64,000 bases of DNA. Origin: a virus. Shown here in pieces: positions 13,932-22,752 of the stretch (position 1 is the stretch's first letter; each line of letters starts with the position of its first letter). The notes below the pieces were generated by a model. The model was not told where the DNA came from, searched no databases, and was given only the letters and a program-made list of their open reading frames with translations. Made by a program: the position numbers and the translations under genes. Location: positions 1-64,000 of the IMG/VR virus record IMGVR_UViG_3300046737_000227, one strand, 5' to 3'.

Positions 13932-14165
13932 ATGAAGTATGTATTCCAGGTGCAGGTCCAACGCAGCTCCGGGCTGTGGGGCGGTAGCGACTACGTGCGA
14001 GGCAGTTTTCCTTCACTCGCTGCGGCCAAGCGCGCGGTCCAGACGAAGGGGTCCCCGCATGCGTCGTGCTATCGCATCATCAAGGTCCCGACGGAGTTTG
14101 TTGTGGCGTGGAAAGGCCGGACCCGTTTTGAACTCCCGAAAAATACCGTGTTGACGGAGAGCTAG
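13932..14165 (+). CDS. hypothetical protein (77 aa)
   Basis: Internal ATG of ORF 13890..14165, immediately after the upstream stop. Confidence 0.5.
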   Translation: MKYVFQVQVQRSSGLWGGSDYVRGSFPSLAAAKRAVQTKGSPHASCYRIIKVPTEFVVAWKGRTRFELPKNTVLTES

Positions 14166-14184
14166 ACCCGCGCTATCTTACCAC

Positions 14185-14490
14185 ATGAAAAAATCACTTA
14201 TCATTTCCGCAATCATCAGCTTCGCGTGCTCCGCGTCGTGGTTCTTTATCCCCGGGCCGGCGGAACGCGCACAGCGTGCCGCACAAGCGGCGCCCTACGA
14301 GCCGGTCGTTGTGGGGAAGCCCCTCGTATTTGAGCCCGGCGACCACGTCACCATATCCGCCAACTACGAGCGCCGTGCCGACGGGGTCGTCCTCGAGGTG
14401 TTCGGGTCTGACGCGCGCGTGCTGTTCGTCTCGTGTTACGGCGAAGTGACGGACATCCTTTTGCCAACAACCCTTTTGAAAAAACAATGA
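14185..14490 (+). CDS. hypothetical protein with N-terminal signal/TM segment (101 aa)
   Basis: MKKSLIISAIISFACSASWFFIPG. Confidence 0.6.
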   Translation: MKKSLIISAIISFACSASWFFIPGPAERAQRAAQAAPYEPVVVGKPLVFEPGDHVTISANYERRADGVVLEVFGSDARVLFVSCYGEVTDILLPTTLLKKQ

Positions 14491-14747
14491 AAACATTACA
14501 ACACGCACAGTGTATCCACGACGAGACGTTGACGGCGCGGAAAAACCTTTTGGCGGCTTTCAAGTGCGACGTGGCGCACGACATCGACCTCGCCAAGTTG
14601 AACGGGCGTTTTTTGACGAGGTTTACGGTGCACCTGAATTATTCGATGCACGTCGACGCCATGGTGACCCAACTGAAGCACTTGGGTTACGCCGTCACGG
14701 TGTCCGGGGATACCTTGATGATATCCTGGCGCGAACCCCGATACTAA
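14487..14747 (+). CDS. hypothetical protein (86 aa)
   Basis: ATGA overlap. Sequence MKTLQHAQCIHDETL... Confidence 0.55.
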   Translation: MKTLQHAQCIHDETLTARKNLLAAFKCDVAHDIDLAKLNGRFLTRFTVHLNYSMHVDAMVTQLKHLGYAVTVSGDTLMISWREPRY

Positions 14748-14756
14748 TCCCAATCT

Positions 14757-14924
14757 ATGTTCGACCTCCACACCATCAAATCCATCAACACGTGGGCCGC
14801 GGACTGTATTCAAAAGAAAAAGCGCGATGCCCTTGCCACCAAACGCGCCGCGGCCCGAGCGGCGAAGAAACGCGCGGCCAAGGCCGCCGCGGTGACCGCG
14901 TATCTCAACGACAACAAACAATGA
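14757..14924 (+). CDS. small basic protein (55 aa, below the ORF-track cutoff)
   Basis: Hand translation gives MFDLHTIKSINTWAADCIQKKKRDALATKRAAARAAKKRAAKAAAVTAYLNDNKQ. Confidence 0.4.
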   Translation: MFDLHTIKSINTWAADCIQKKKRDALATKRAAARAAKKRAAKAAAVTAYLNDNKQ

Positions 14925-15157
14925 GCGTGGACGACTTAATCATCGAGCTGCAGGAGTGGCAGCTCGCCGGCAAAGGGAGCCTGCCGGTCGTCCTGCCGGT
15001 CGTCACTTCAGACGGGACAGACAACATCGTAGTTCGTCACGTCGAGCTCCAGCGGTCGTATTTCAAACACTTCCGGGACGGAAGCTACGAGGACCGCGGT
15101 CCTTGTCTGGTGCTCGCCCCGGGGTATTTACCTCCCTTAACCAGAACCAAGCAATGA
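14921..15157 (+). CDS. hypothetical protein (78 aa)
   Basis: ATGA overlap. Sequence MSVDDLIIELQEWQLAGKG... Confidence 0.5.
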   Translation: MSVDDLIIELQEWQLAGKGSLPVVLPVVTSDGTDNIVVRHVELQRSYFKHFRDGSYEDRGPCLVLAPGYLPPLTRTKQ

Positions 15158-15531
15158 AGACCAAGAAAAACCGAAAGAAAGTAACGAAGCAGACCGAGGT
15201 GCCGCCCACCTACGACCAGGACCCCGAAACGCCGGGATACTTGACGCACTGGAAGACCCGCGAGGGCGAGGTGCTGGCCATCCGCGAAATGCAGTTCGAC
15301 CACCTGCTCAACGCGCGCGCGTTGTTGCGCCGCAAAATCGCGAAGTTCTCCGAAATCGAGGAAGCGCTGTCGCGCGAAGTGCACCGCCGGTCCAAGGGCG
15401 AGTATCGCAAGTTCGTCGGCAAAGTCCCGCCGGAGTTTTTCACCCTGCTCGGCAAGGCGCTCGTTGATAAAGCGGAGGGGGCCGGCGACCAGTGGGACGA
15501 CTGGGATAACTACGGGAGCAACAGCCAATGA
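15154..15531 (+). CDS. hypothetical protein (125 aa)
   Basis: ATGA overlap. Sequence MKTKKNRKKVTKQTEV... Confidence 0.6.
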   Translation: MKTKKNRKKVTKQTEVPPTYDQDPETPGYLTHWKTREGEVLAIREMQFDHLLNARALLRRKIAKFSEIEEALSREVHRRSKGEYRKFVGKVPPEFFTLLGKALVDKAEGAGDQWDDWDNYGSNSQ

Positions 15532-15791
15532 CAACTATTGACCAATACGACCTCGGGCATGCCCTGATGACCAAGCGACGCCGGCAGCGGCATCATGTGG
15601 ACTCGCGAAAAATCGTGAACATCCTCCGGGCGGAATCGGGGGTGATAATCTCCCAGGCGGATGCGGAGGAAATCTGGCAGTGGCATTCGGACCGGGCATG
15701 CGCTCAGTGGATGTCCCTGGGTCACCTGACGAACATGGAGATACTCGAGGTGGTCGGGGACTTCATCCGGCATTACTCCAACGACCAATGA
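15528..15791 (+). CDS. hypothetical protein (87 aa)
   Basis: ORF with ATGA overlaps on both sides. Confidence 0.6.
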   Translation: MTTIDQYDLGHALMTKRRRQRHHVDSRKIVNILRAESGVIISQADAEEIWQWHSDRACAQWMSLGHLTNMEILEVVGDFIRHYSNDQ

Positions 15792-16057
15792 GTCTGCCTC
15801 CCGAAAAATCCAGCGCGCTGATGTTCTGGGGCGGCGACTACCACTATGCGTCGAACGACCTGCGGGAATCGCTCCGTCTGTTCACCGACAAAATGACCGG
15901 GCACGTCCAGCGGGAGTTTCGCTATCGCGCGTTCGCCGCCCACGTTCTCAAACAGCTCGAGGGGCTGAAGAACGTGGTGCCACCGCCGACGGGCGAGCTG
16001 CTTGACAAAGCGGTCGAAGCGTGGAAGGTTGAGCTAGAAGAAATCGGAAAACTATGA
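15788..16057 (+). CDS. hypothetical protein (89 aa)
   Basis: Internal ATG MSLPPEKSSALMFWGGDYHY... Confidence 0.6.
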   Translation: MSLPPEKSSALMFWGGDYHYASNDLRESLRLFTDKMTGHVQREFRYRAFAAHVLKQLEGLKNVVPPPTGELLDKAVEAWKVELEEIGKL

Positions 16058-16251
16058 AGGTTATCGAACTAATCAAGTTGTTGGAAGAGGCGCGGGTCGA
16101 AAGCGGTGACGACCTTATCGTGTTGGTCCCGCGGAATGACCTCGCCCGGCCCGGATGGGAGCCCGCATCAGGCGTGTCAGTTTGCACGCGGTATTTTTTC
16201 CATGAGGACGACGGCGGGAGCTATCCCGACAAATCAGTTACTTTGTTATGA
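16054..16251 (+). CDS. hypothetical protein (65 aa)
   Basis: ORF with ATGA overlap. Confidence 0.55.
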   Translation: MKVIELIKLLEEARVESGDDLIVLVPRNDLARPGWEPASGVSVCTRYFFHEDDGGSYPDKSVTLL

Positions 16252-16430
16252 TGAAGACACTGAACCTCGACGAATTAATCGAGCGACTCGTGGCGATGCA
16301 AAAGCTCGGCGCCGGAAAACAGGAGGTCATCGTCTGGCACGACGGGTCGGTGGGCTGTGACGGCATTCGTCACGTGGAATCGTCGTTGGTGGGCGTTGAA
16401 GACGCGGCGCCATCTATCATCCTCACATGA
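16248..16430 (+). CDS. hypothetical protein (60 aa)
   Basis: ORF with ATGA overlap. Confidence 0.55.
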   Translation: MMKTLNLDELIERLVAMQKLGAGKQEVIVWHDGSVGCDGIRHVESSLVGVEDAAPSIILT

Positions 16431-17146
16431 GAGTTTTCGCTTACCTCCGGGTGTCCACGCAAGAGCAGGTGGACAAGAACGGGCTCGAGCGCCAGTGGGA
16501 CGCGATACAGTCGCTGCTCGCGTCGAAGCTGGACTGGACCATCGCACGGAAGTTTTCCGAGCACCAGTCCGGCGGCGTGACCTTCGAGAACCGCGGCATG
16601 CTGCTGGAGATGCTCGAGCTCGCGCAGACATACGACGTCGAGGCGATAGTCGTCGAGCGCGCGGACCGCATCGCGCGTGACCTGATGGCGCAGGAAATCT
16701 TTTTCGTGAAGTGCGGTGAACGGAACATCAAGGTGTTCGCCGCGGATACGGGCCAGGAGCTCACGTGCAAAGACGGCGACCCCACGCGCGTGCTGTTGCG
16801 GCAACTGCTCGGCGCGCTCGCGCAGTGGGAAAAAGCTGTCATTGTTAAGAAGCTGCAAGACGGTCGGCGGCGCACCGCGGCAAAGACTGGGATGCCCTGC
16901 GGCGGGCCGAAGGGTTACGGCACCCGCGGAGACGCCTCGGAGCAGGCGGACGAGCGGCGGGTCCTCAACTACATCCGGGAGCGCCGGCGGGGGGCGAACT
17001 GGACTTACAAGGAAATCGCGGACGAATTGAACCGGCGGCGGGAGCGGGCGCCGGGCGGCAAATTTTACTGGCATACCAGCACCGTTATGCACCTTGACAA
17101 AAAGCAAATTCCGGACACTTCTTCGGGGACATGGCGACCACATTAA
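16427..17146 (+). CDS. serine recombinase (resolvase/invertase-type catalytic domain, 239 aa)
   Basis: MRVFAYLRVSTQEQ places the catalytic Ser in the typical YxRVST context. VVERADRIARD follows, then a short C-terminal DNA-binding-like region. Confidence 0.85.
   Translation: MRVFAYLRVSTQEQVDKNGLERQWDAIQSLLASKLDWTIARKFSEHQSGGVTFENRGMLLEMLELAQTYDVEAIVVERADRIARDLMAQEIFFVKCGERNIKVFAADTGQELTCKDGDPTRVLLRQLLGALAQWEKAVIVKKLQDGRRRTAAKTGMPCGGPKGYGTRGDASEQADERRVLNYIRERRRGANWTYKEIADELNRRRERAPGGKFYWHTSTVMHLDKKQIPDTSSGTWRPH
17094..17121 (+). promoter_or_regulatory. class B promoter
   Basis: TTGACA AAAAGCAAATTCCGGA CACTTC TTCGGGGAC ATG(17131). Embedded in the recombinase 3' end. Confidence 0.5.
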
Positions 17147-17406
17147 AGTTGGAATGGCCCGCGAATCCCGCGGGGGAACAGGTTACGAACTACAAGGTCT
17201 ACGAAAGCGTTAACGGGGGTCCGTTCAATTTCAAGGCCAACACGTCCGTGCCCGAACTGACAATTCTCAACCCGCCTCCAGCGGTTCACAGCTGGAAGGT
17301 GCGAGCGGAGAACTTTGTCGGCCTGGGTCCGGAAAGTCCGGTCATTCTGGGGCCTACGCTCCCGACTGAGCCGGCGCAGGGAACCGTCACCGTCACGGTG
17401 ACTTAA
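17131..17406 (+). CDS. fibronectin type III-like small protein (91 aa)
   Basis: LEWPANPAGEQVTNYKVYESVNGGPF...HSWKVRAENFVGLGPES has a typical FN3 strand pattern. Confidence 0.55.
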   Translation: MATTLKLEWPANPAGEQVTNYKVYESVNGGPFNFKANTSVPELTILNPPPAVHSWKVRAENFVGLGPESPVILGPTLPTEPAQGTVTVTVT

Positions 17407-17784
17407 ACACATGAATAATGTCGGAAACGCAGTTACCCTACCTGCACGCGATGGCGTTATCGCCCGCGTTCGTCTAGTCCCAGGACACCGACTCAATTTC
17501 GACAGCACAGAACGTTTTGGCCGAGCACCCACGGGTCCGGCAAGGGGCGTTTCCAGTTTCTGGACTGTCGGCGGGACAATGGTGACACGGCGGTCCGCAA
17601 GGCACCCGCATCCCGTCACCCGTATAGTCGGCGAGAACGGCTTACCAAAACGCGCCCCTTACTTTTATGGGAGAGTGGCGGAATAATACGCACCGGGTAG
17701 CCCCCGGTCCACGAGTGTGTGCGCGCGCAAATTCTCGTGCTAGCTGTGTCCGGATGAAAGAGCCGGGCCTCATCCCACCAATTT

Positions 17785-19716
17785 ATGGCCCTAGCCGAAT
17801 CTCACCCCGTTAAGGGGCTGCTCCGGGAAACCGCAAAACTTATACATGCGGGTGAGATTTTCGACGCGGCGCGGCTTGTGCGCGCTTGGGTGGCACAGTC
17901 CACGCCGTCGGTCGCCAAGCAATCCGTCGATACCAAGTCCAAAGCGTATGAGCTGCTCAACATTCTTCTGCACTGGGCTCTTAACAATGGCGCTATGGAG
18001 GAAGCCGCGCAGCTCCTCTGGACCAGCAACCAGTTCGACCCGCGCCCCCGGCACACCAAGGCTGTATGGTCGTCTGTTGACGAGCACGACTTTGGGTTAC
18101 TCATGGGAGCCGGAAAGCAATCAAAATCTTTTAGCATGGCCATTCGGTTTTTTCTGGAATGGCTCCGCGACCCCGAATATACTTCGGTGCGCGTTCTTGG
18201 CCCGTCCGAGGACCATCTCGAGGCCAACCTTTTTTCACACCTCGTTACCTTGCATCGGGAGGCTGCAATACCTTTGCCAGGAGAGGTAGCAAAATTATTC
18301 ATCGGGCTGGACATGCGCAAAAAGCGCGGCTCGATTTCTGGCGTGGTGATTCCGCAGGGCAAGAAAGCCGCGGGCCGATTGCAGGGTGTCGCGCGTTTCC
18401 GACGAAAGGTTCCGCATCCGGAATTCGGCGAGACGTCCCGGCTGTTCGTTTTCGTCGACGAAATTTCAAACCTCCCAAAGGGATTATGGCACGACATCGA
18501 CAACCTGCTCTCAAACGCCAGCAAACGCGGCGGGCTCAAGGTTTACGGGGCGTTCAACCCCGACGACCGGAACAACGACGTGGGCGTCCGCACCGAGCCG
18601 CCCTTTGGATGGGCGAGCTTCGACCCGGATGTGCACTACGAATGGATGTCGACCCGCGGCTGGTGGATTACGCGGCTGGACGCCATGCGGTCGGAAAACA
18701 TTGTTGAGAAGCGGGAGATATTCCCGGGCATGCAGACCTACGAGGGCATGCAGCAAATTATCGCCAATGCCGGCGGCCTGGACTCGCCCGGCTACTGGAC
18801 GATGGTGCGCGCGTGCTTCCCGCCCATCGGCGTGGCGCTGGCGGTCATCCCGCAGGGTCTGACGGTCAACCTGAAGTGCGATGTGATTTGGTATGATACC
18901 CCAGAGCCCTGCGCCGGCGCAGACTTGGCCCTGGAAGGCGGCGACGCCTGCCGCTTCTGTGTGGGTAAGTTCGGACGCGCGAGCGGCGTAAAGCTCGGCC
19001 CAAGCCTCACGCACCCCGAGGGCGAAACGATTTGGTTCACGGACCGCAACGGGCACAAGGCCCCCAAGCAGCTTTTGCTCGGCGAGAAAATTTTCCCCAT
19101 GGCCAACGGCGACACGTTCGCGGTCGGCGACGAAATCGTTCGGCTCTGTCGCGCGCTGAAAATCAAGCCGGAGCACCTCGCGCTGGACCGGACCGGCAAC
19201 GGCCAGGGTGTGTATGATTACCTGCGCTCGCGTTGGTCCCCCGGCATCATCGGGGTGAACTTTTACGAGGGCGCGTCCGAGCAGCGGGTGTTTCTCGAGG
19301 ACGAAGACTCGGCCAAGGAGCTTTACGACCGCGTCAACTCCGAGTTGTGGTTCGCGCTGCGCCGCTGGCTGGAATTCAAATACATGTTTCTCGCGTTCAG
19401 CATGGACACCAGCGAGCTTTTTCCCGAGCTCACCGACCGGCTGTTCCGGATGATTGGAAAAAAGTCCCACGTTGAGTCGAAGAAGGAATACAAGTCGCGC
19501 CACGGCGGCAAGTCGCCGGACTCCGCGGACGCGTTCACGCTTTTGCTGCACGCCGCTCGCCGTGGGTTCGGGTTCACCCCGAGCATGGCCGGCGACACGA
19601 ACGTGGAACCCATCGAAACGCAGTCCGAGTGGGACCCGCACGAAAAATACATCGGCTGCGACCGGATGAACCGGTTTGAGGACCTGGACACCGCCTCGGA
19701 TGATTTGGAACTATGA
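17785..19716 (+). CDS. terL: terminase large subunit (643 aa)
   Basis: Walker A-like GAGKQSKS, Walker B-like LFVFVDE and a C-terminal nuclease-like DSADAF. Size and position upstream of a portal-sized ORF fit. Confidence 0.8.
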   Translation: MALAESHPVKGLLRETAKLIHAGEIFDAARLVRAWVAQSTPSVAKQSVDTKSKAYELLNILLHWALNNGAMEEAAQLLWTSNQFDPRPRHTKAVWSSVDEHDFGLLMGAGKQSKSFSMAIRFFLEWLRDPEYTSVRVLGPSEDHLEANLFSHLVTLHREAAIPLPGEVAKLFIGLDMRKKRGSISGVVIPQGKKAAGRLQGVARFRRKVPHPEFGETSRLFVFVDEISNLPKGLWHDIDNLLSNASKRGGLKVYGAFNPDDRNNDVGVRTEPPFGWASFDPDVHYEWMSTRGWWITRLDAMRSENIVEKREIFPGMQTYEGMQQIIANAGGLDSPGYWTMVRACFPPIGVALAVIPQGLTVNLKCDVIWYDTPEPCAGADLALEGGDACRFCVGKFGRASGVKLGPSLTHPEGETIWFTDRNGHKAPKQLLLGEKIFPMANGDTFAVGDEIVRLCRALKIKPEHLALDRTGNGQGVYDYLRSRWSPGIIGVNFYEGASEQRVFLEDEDSAKELYDRVNSELWFALRRWLEFKYMFLAFSMDTSELFPELTDRLFRMIGKKSHVESKKEYKSRHGGKSPDSADAFTLLLHAARRGFGFTPSMAGDTNVEPIETQSEWDPHEKYIGCDRMNRFEDLDTASDDLEL

Positions 19717-19997
19717 AATTTAACAGCGCACTGTATCCCCCCTCGGGTTGGCAATTCATTGATACTCAAGGGGTTACGCATATAGGCAAATCCCTGGCTC
19801 AACTCATCTCGAGAGTGGTCAACTACCGGGTCATCAACGGGTTAGCGGTCGGGGACCCAGCGGTGGAAGTCAACGCGCAGCTCTGTAAGAACTACCCGGG
19901 ATACTGTAAAAGCGCATATAACCCCCTGCGCCCGAAACGGTTACCGCCTCAAAACAAAGGCTGCACCTCATGCGGAAAGAAGCGAAAACGGCGCTGA
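19713..19997 (+). CDS. hypothetical protein (94 aa)
   Basis: ATGA overlap with terL. Basic Cys-containing tail. Confidence 0.55.
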   Translation: MKFNSALYPPSGWQFIDTQGVTHIGKSLAQLISRVVNYRVINGLAVGDPAVEVNAQLCKNYPGYCKSAYNPLRPKRLPPQNKGCTSCGKKRKRR

Positions 19998-20212
19998 AAG
20001 CCCTTAAGCGCGTGGTGGTTGCGGCGGCTACCGGTTCCACCGTGTTCATAGGCGAAAAACTAACGGCCCAGCGGATTAGTATTTGCCACGGCTGCCCGTC
20101 CTACCTGCCGATGACCAAGCAGTGCGGGGAGTGCTGGTGTTTCATTCATGCCAAGGCGCGCCTTGCGACCGAGAAATGCCCGCTGCAGAAATGGCCATTG
20201 ACAAACGTCTGA
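19970..20212 (+). CDS. small Cys-rich (zinc-binding-like) protein (80 aa)
   Basis: CHGCPSY...CGECWCFIH...EKCP. Confidence 0.55.
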   Translation: MRKEAKTALKALKRVVVAAATGSTVFIGEKLTAQRISICHGCPSYLPMTKQCGECWCFIHAKARLATEKCPLQKWPLTNV

Positions 20213-20225
20213 AAATCTGCACTTA
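20198..20225 (+). promoter_or_regulatory. class B promoter
   Basis: TTGACA AACGTCTGAAAATCTG CACTTA AAAGAAG ATG(20233). Confidence 0.5.
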
Positions 20226-20232
20226 AAAGAAG

Positions 20233-22410
20233 ATGCCACTATCGCCATCACAGCCGGAGCCCAGTTACGCCGGGGCGCCTCCAGGAGATTTCAAGGGCGC
20301 CGTCTCGCCGCCCGACCTGAGCAAGAGCCTGAAGCCGCGCAACCGGGCTATCCGCGACGCGATTCAAGCGCGCAACATTGTGATGACGCTGCTTGCCGCC
20401 TCGCGCGAGCGCAACATCAAGAACGCGCGCATCCAGGCGAAGGTAAATTCGGAGAAGCCTCACCGCACGGACGCGCTGGAGAACGAAGGGCTCGGCTGGA
20501 AAGCAAATTTCAGCACCAAGGTGCTCGCGATGCTCGTCGAAAAAGTCGCGCCGCGCTTCGTCCAGGCGGTCGAGGGAGTGAAATACATCACGAATTCCGC
20601 GTTGCCCGAAGATATCGAAGGCGCCGCGGCGAAAACCGAAGCGTTCCGTCGCGAAATCACGTCCCTTGCGCGCAACCGCGCCGGTTGGCGAGATTTTCTC
20701 GGTGATTTGGCGCAGGAGAACGCACTTTTTGGCTTCGCGGCGGTCGCGTGGCTCGACGAATTCAGCTGGTTCCCAAAATTTTTCCGTCAAGACTTCATGT
20801 GTGCCCCGACGGGCACGAAACCCATCCCCGGAAAAGCGCAGGTGGTCGGCCTCAAGGAAGTTTTTCTGCTCCACGAGCTGTTCGACCTCATCAGCGACAA
20901 GGAATCCGCGAAAACCCGCGGCTGGAATCTCGAAAATACGGTCAACACCATCAACGCCTCGATGCCGCAGGACCGACGCTCGCAGTATTCCGCGTGGGAA
21001 CGTGTCTACGAGGACCTAATTCGCGAATCGAACCTCGGGCTGAGCCACGAATCCGGCGCGCGCGTCGTTGTCGTCTGGCATTTGCTCGCGACCGAGATTG
21101 ACGGCAAGGTGTCGCACTACATTTTCGAGGAAAAGACCTTCACGGAGCTGTTCACGAGCGAAGACCAATACGAAAGTATGGCCGACGCCGTTGCGTTCTT
21201 CACTTTCCAGCAGGGCAACGGAACTTTGCACGGCTCGAAGGGAATCGGACGCGAACTTTACTCCATCGCCGGCATTATCGACCGCTCTCGCAACGAAGTG
21301 GTGGACCGGCTGAACCTCTCGGGCAAAATTATCATCCAGGCGGACGAAAAAGTGCTCAAGCGCTTCCGAATGTCCGTCGTTGGCAACGCAATCCTCATCG
21401 CACAGGGCTATAGCGTGCTCGAGCGCAAGCTTGACGCCGCGGTGGAGCCCTTCGTGCAGCTCGACCAGTTCCTGACGAACCTTTTGGACCAAATGGCCGG
21501 AGCCACGACTCCGAAAGCGCTCGAGGGCGAGCGGGTCACCAAAGCCGCCGTCGATTTTCTCGCCTCGCGCGAGGAGGAGACGAAAGACAACATCATTTCG
21601 CGGTTCCTCACACAATTTTCCTCCGCGGTCACCGCCATGCAGAAACGCATGTGCGACCCGAACACTTCCGAGGACGACGCGAAGGCGATGCAGGAGCGTC
21701 TCCTGAAAATTATGTCGCGGGAGGAGCTGGACCAGCTCGCAAAAACGCCCTCGGCTGAAACGGTGCAGGATTACACCGAGATGGAGCGCCAGCAGATTGT
21801 CATCATCGCTCAGGAGGCTCGCGGCAACCCACTTTACAACGCCAAGGAAATCGAACGTCGAAAACTCTCCGCGCTCATCAGCGAGGAATTCGCCGACGCG
21901 GTTCTTTTGCCCGACCCGGACCCGAACGAAGGCGCGGAGCAGTCCCGCCAGCAAATGCTGGAGCTTGCGTCCATCATCATCCCGCAAGGTGCGGACGTCC
22001 CCGTCTCCGCGCGTGACAATCACATCATCCACTTGGATGTTTTGATGCCGGCGCTGGAATCCACCGCGCAGCACTTGGTGGAAGACCCGCACGCTATCGC
22101 GACGCTTCAGGCGGTCCTCAAACATGCGAAGATGCACGAGCAAGCCGGCCTGCAGGTCGGCGTGTCCAAAGACGAGATGGCGCCTTACTCCGACATCATC
22201 GCCAAGCTCACCGCGCAAATGCCGAAGCTCGCCGAACTGGCCGAGCAGCACGCCGCGGCCACACAACGTCATGCCGAACTCCAAGCGGGCGCACCTCCGG
22301 GTCCGCTCGACGAGCAAGGCAACCCTATCCCCGGGGCGGAACCAGCCCTGGCACCCGAAGCGCCGCCCGAACAACTACCGCCCGAAGCCGCCCCCGCACC
22401 CATCGCCTAA
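20233..22410 (+). CDS. portal protein candidate (725 aa)
   Basis: Called from size, position after terL and before a coiled-coil scaffold-like gene, and an Ala/Pro-rich C-terminus. I recognised no diagnostic motif. Confidence 0.55.
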   Translation: MPLSPSQPEPSYAGAPPGDFKGAVSPPDLSKSLKPRNRAIRDAIQARNIVMTLLAASRERNIKNARIQAKVNSEKPHRTDALENEGLGWKANFSTKVLAMLVEKVAPRFVQAVEGVKYITNSALPEDIEGAAAKTEAFRREITSLARNRAGWRDFLGDLAQENALFGFAAVAWLDEFSWFPKFFRQDFMCAPTGTKPIPGKAQVVGLKEVFLLHELFDLISDKESAKTRGWNLENTVNTINASMPQDRRSQYSAWERVYEDLIRESNLGLSHESGARVVVVWHLLATEIDGKVSHYIFEEKTFTELFTSEDQYESMADAVAFFTFQQGNGTLHGSKGIGRELYSIAGIIDRSRNEVVDRLNLSGKIIIQADEKVLKRFRMSVVGNAILIAQGYSVLERKLDAAVEPFVQLDQFLTNLLDQMAGATTPKALEGERVTKAAVDFLASREEETKDNIISRFLTQFSSAVTAMQKRMCDPNTSEDDAKAMQERLLKIMSREELDQLAKTPSAETVQDYTEMERQQIVIIAQEARGNPLYNAKEIERRKLSALISEEFADAVLLPDPDPNEGAEQSRQQMLELASIIIPQGADVPVSARDNHIIHLDVLMPALESTAQHLVEDPHAIATLQAVLKHAKMHEQAGLQVGVSKDEMAPYSDIIAKLTAQMPKLAELAEQHAAATQRHAELQAGAPPGPLDEQGNPIPGAEPALAPEAPPEQLPPEAAPAPIA

Positions 22411-22428
22411 AAAAGGTCCCTACAGACC

Positions 22429-22749
22429 ATGAACACAAACGAACCCGTTGTTTGGGATTCCCTAAACGCGAAGCTACTCAAAGACTTCATCGCCACGCCC
22501 ACCGGCGCGTCGGCACTCGCCGCCACGCTTTACCAGCTGCCGCCGTTCAACGACGCGACGCCGCACACGCTGATGGTGTCCACGCTTTTGCGCGAGGGCT
22601 ATCAGCGCGCCGTCCAGGCGTTGCTCGACCTCCAAACTTTTCAGCCTCCGCAACCGGAACCCGAGGAACGCTATCAGGACCTCGACAAAAACGAGCTGTG
22701 GCCGGCGGAACTACAATTACCTCCCGACGAGGACAAACCTACAACCTAA
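22429..22749 (+). CDS. hypothetical protein (106 aa)
   Basis: ORF between the portal and scaffold candidates. Confidence 0.55.
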   Translation: MNTNEPVVWDSLNAKLLKDFIATPTGASALAATLYQLPPFNDATPHTLMVSTLLREGYQRAVQALLDLQTFQPPQPEPEERYQDLDKNELWPAELQLPPDEDKPTT

Positions 22750-22752
22750 CCT

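Noticed and set aside
17411-17686. 91-aa ORF as the small terminase subunit.
   Set aside because: No recognisable TerS features, no promoter or overlap coupling, and visibly weaker third-position GC bias than its neighbours. I left it as an open question in the findings.
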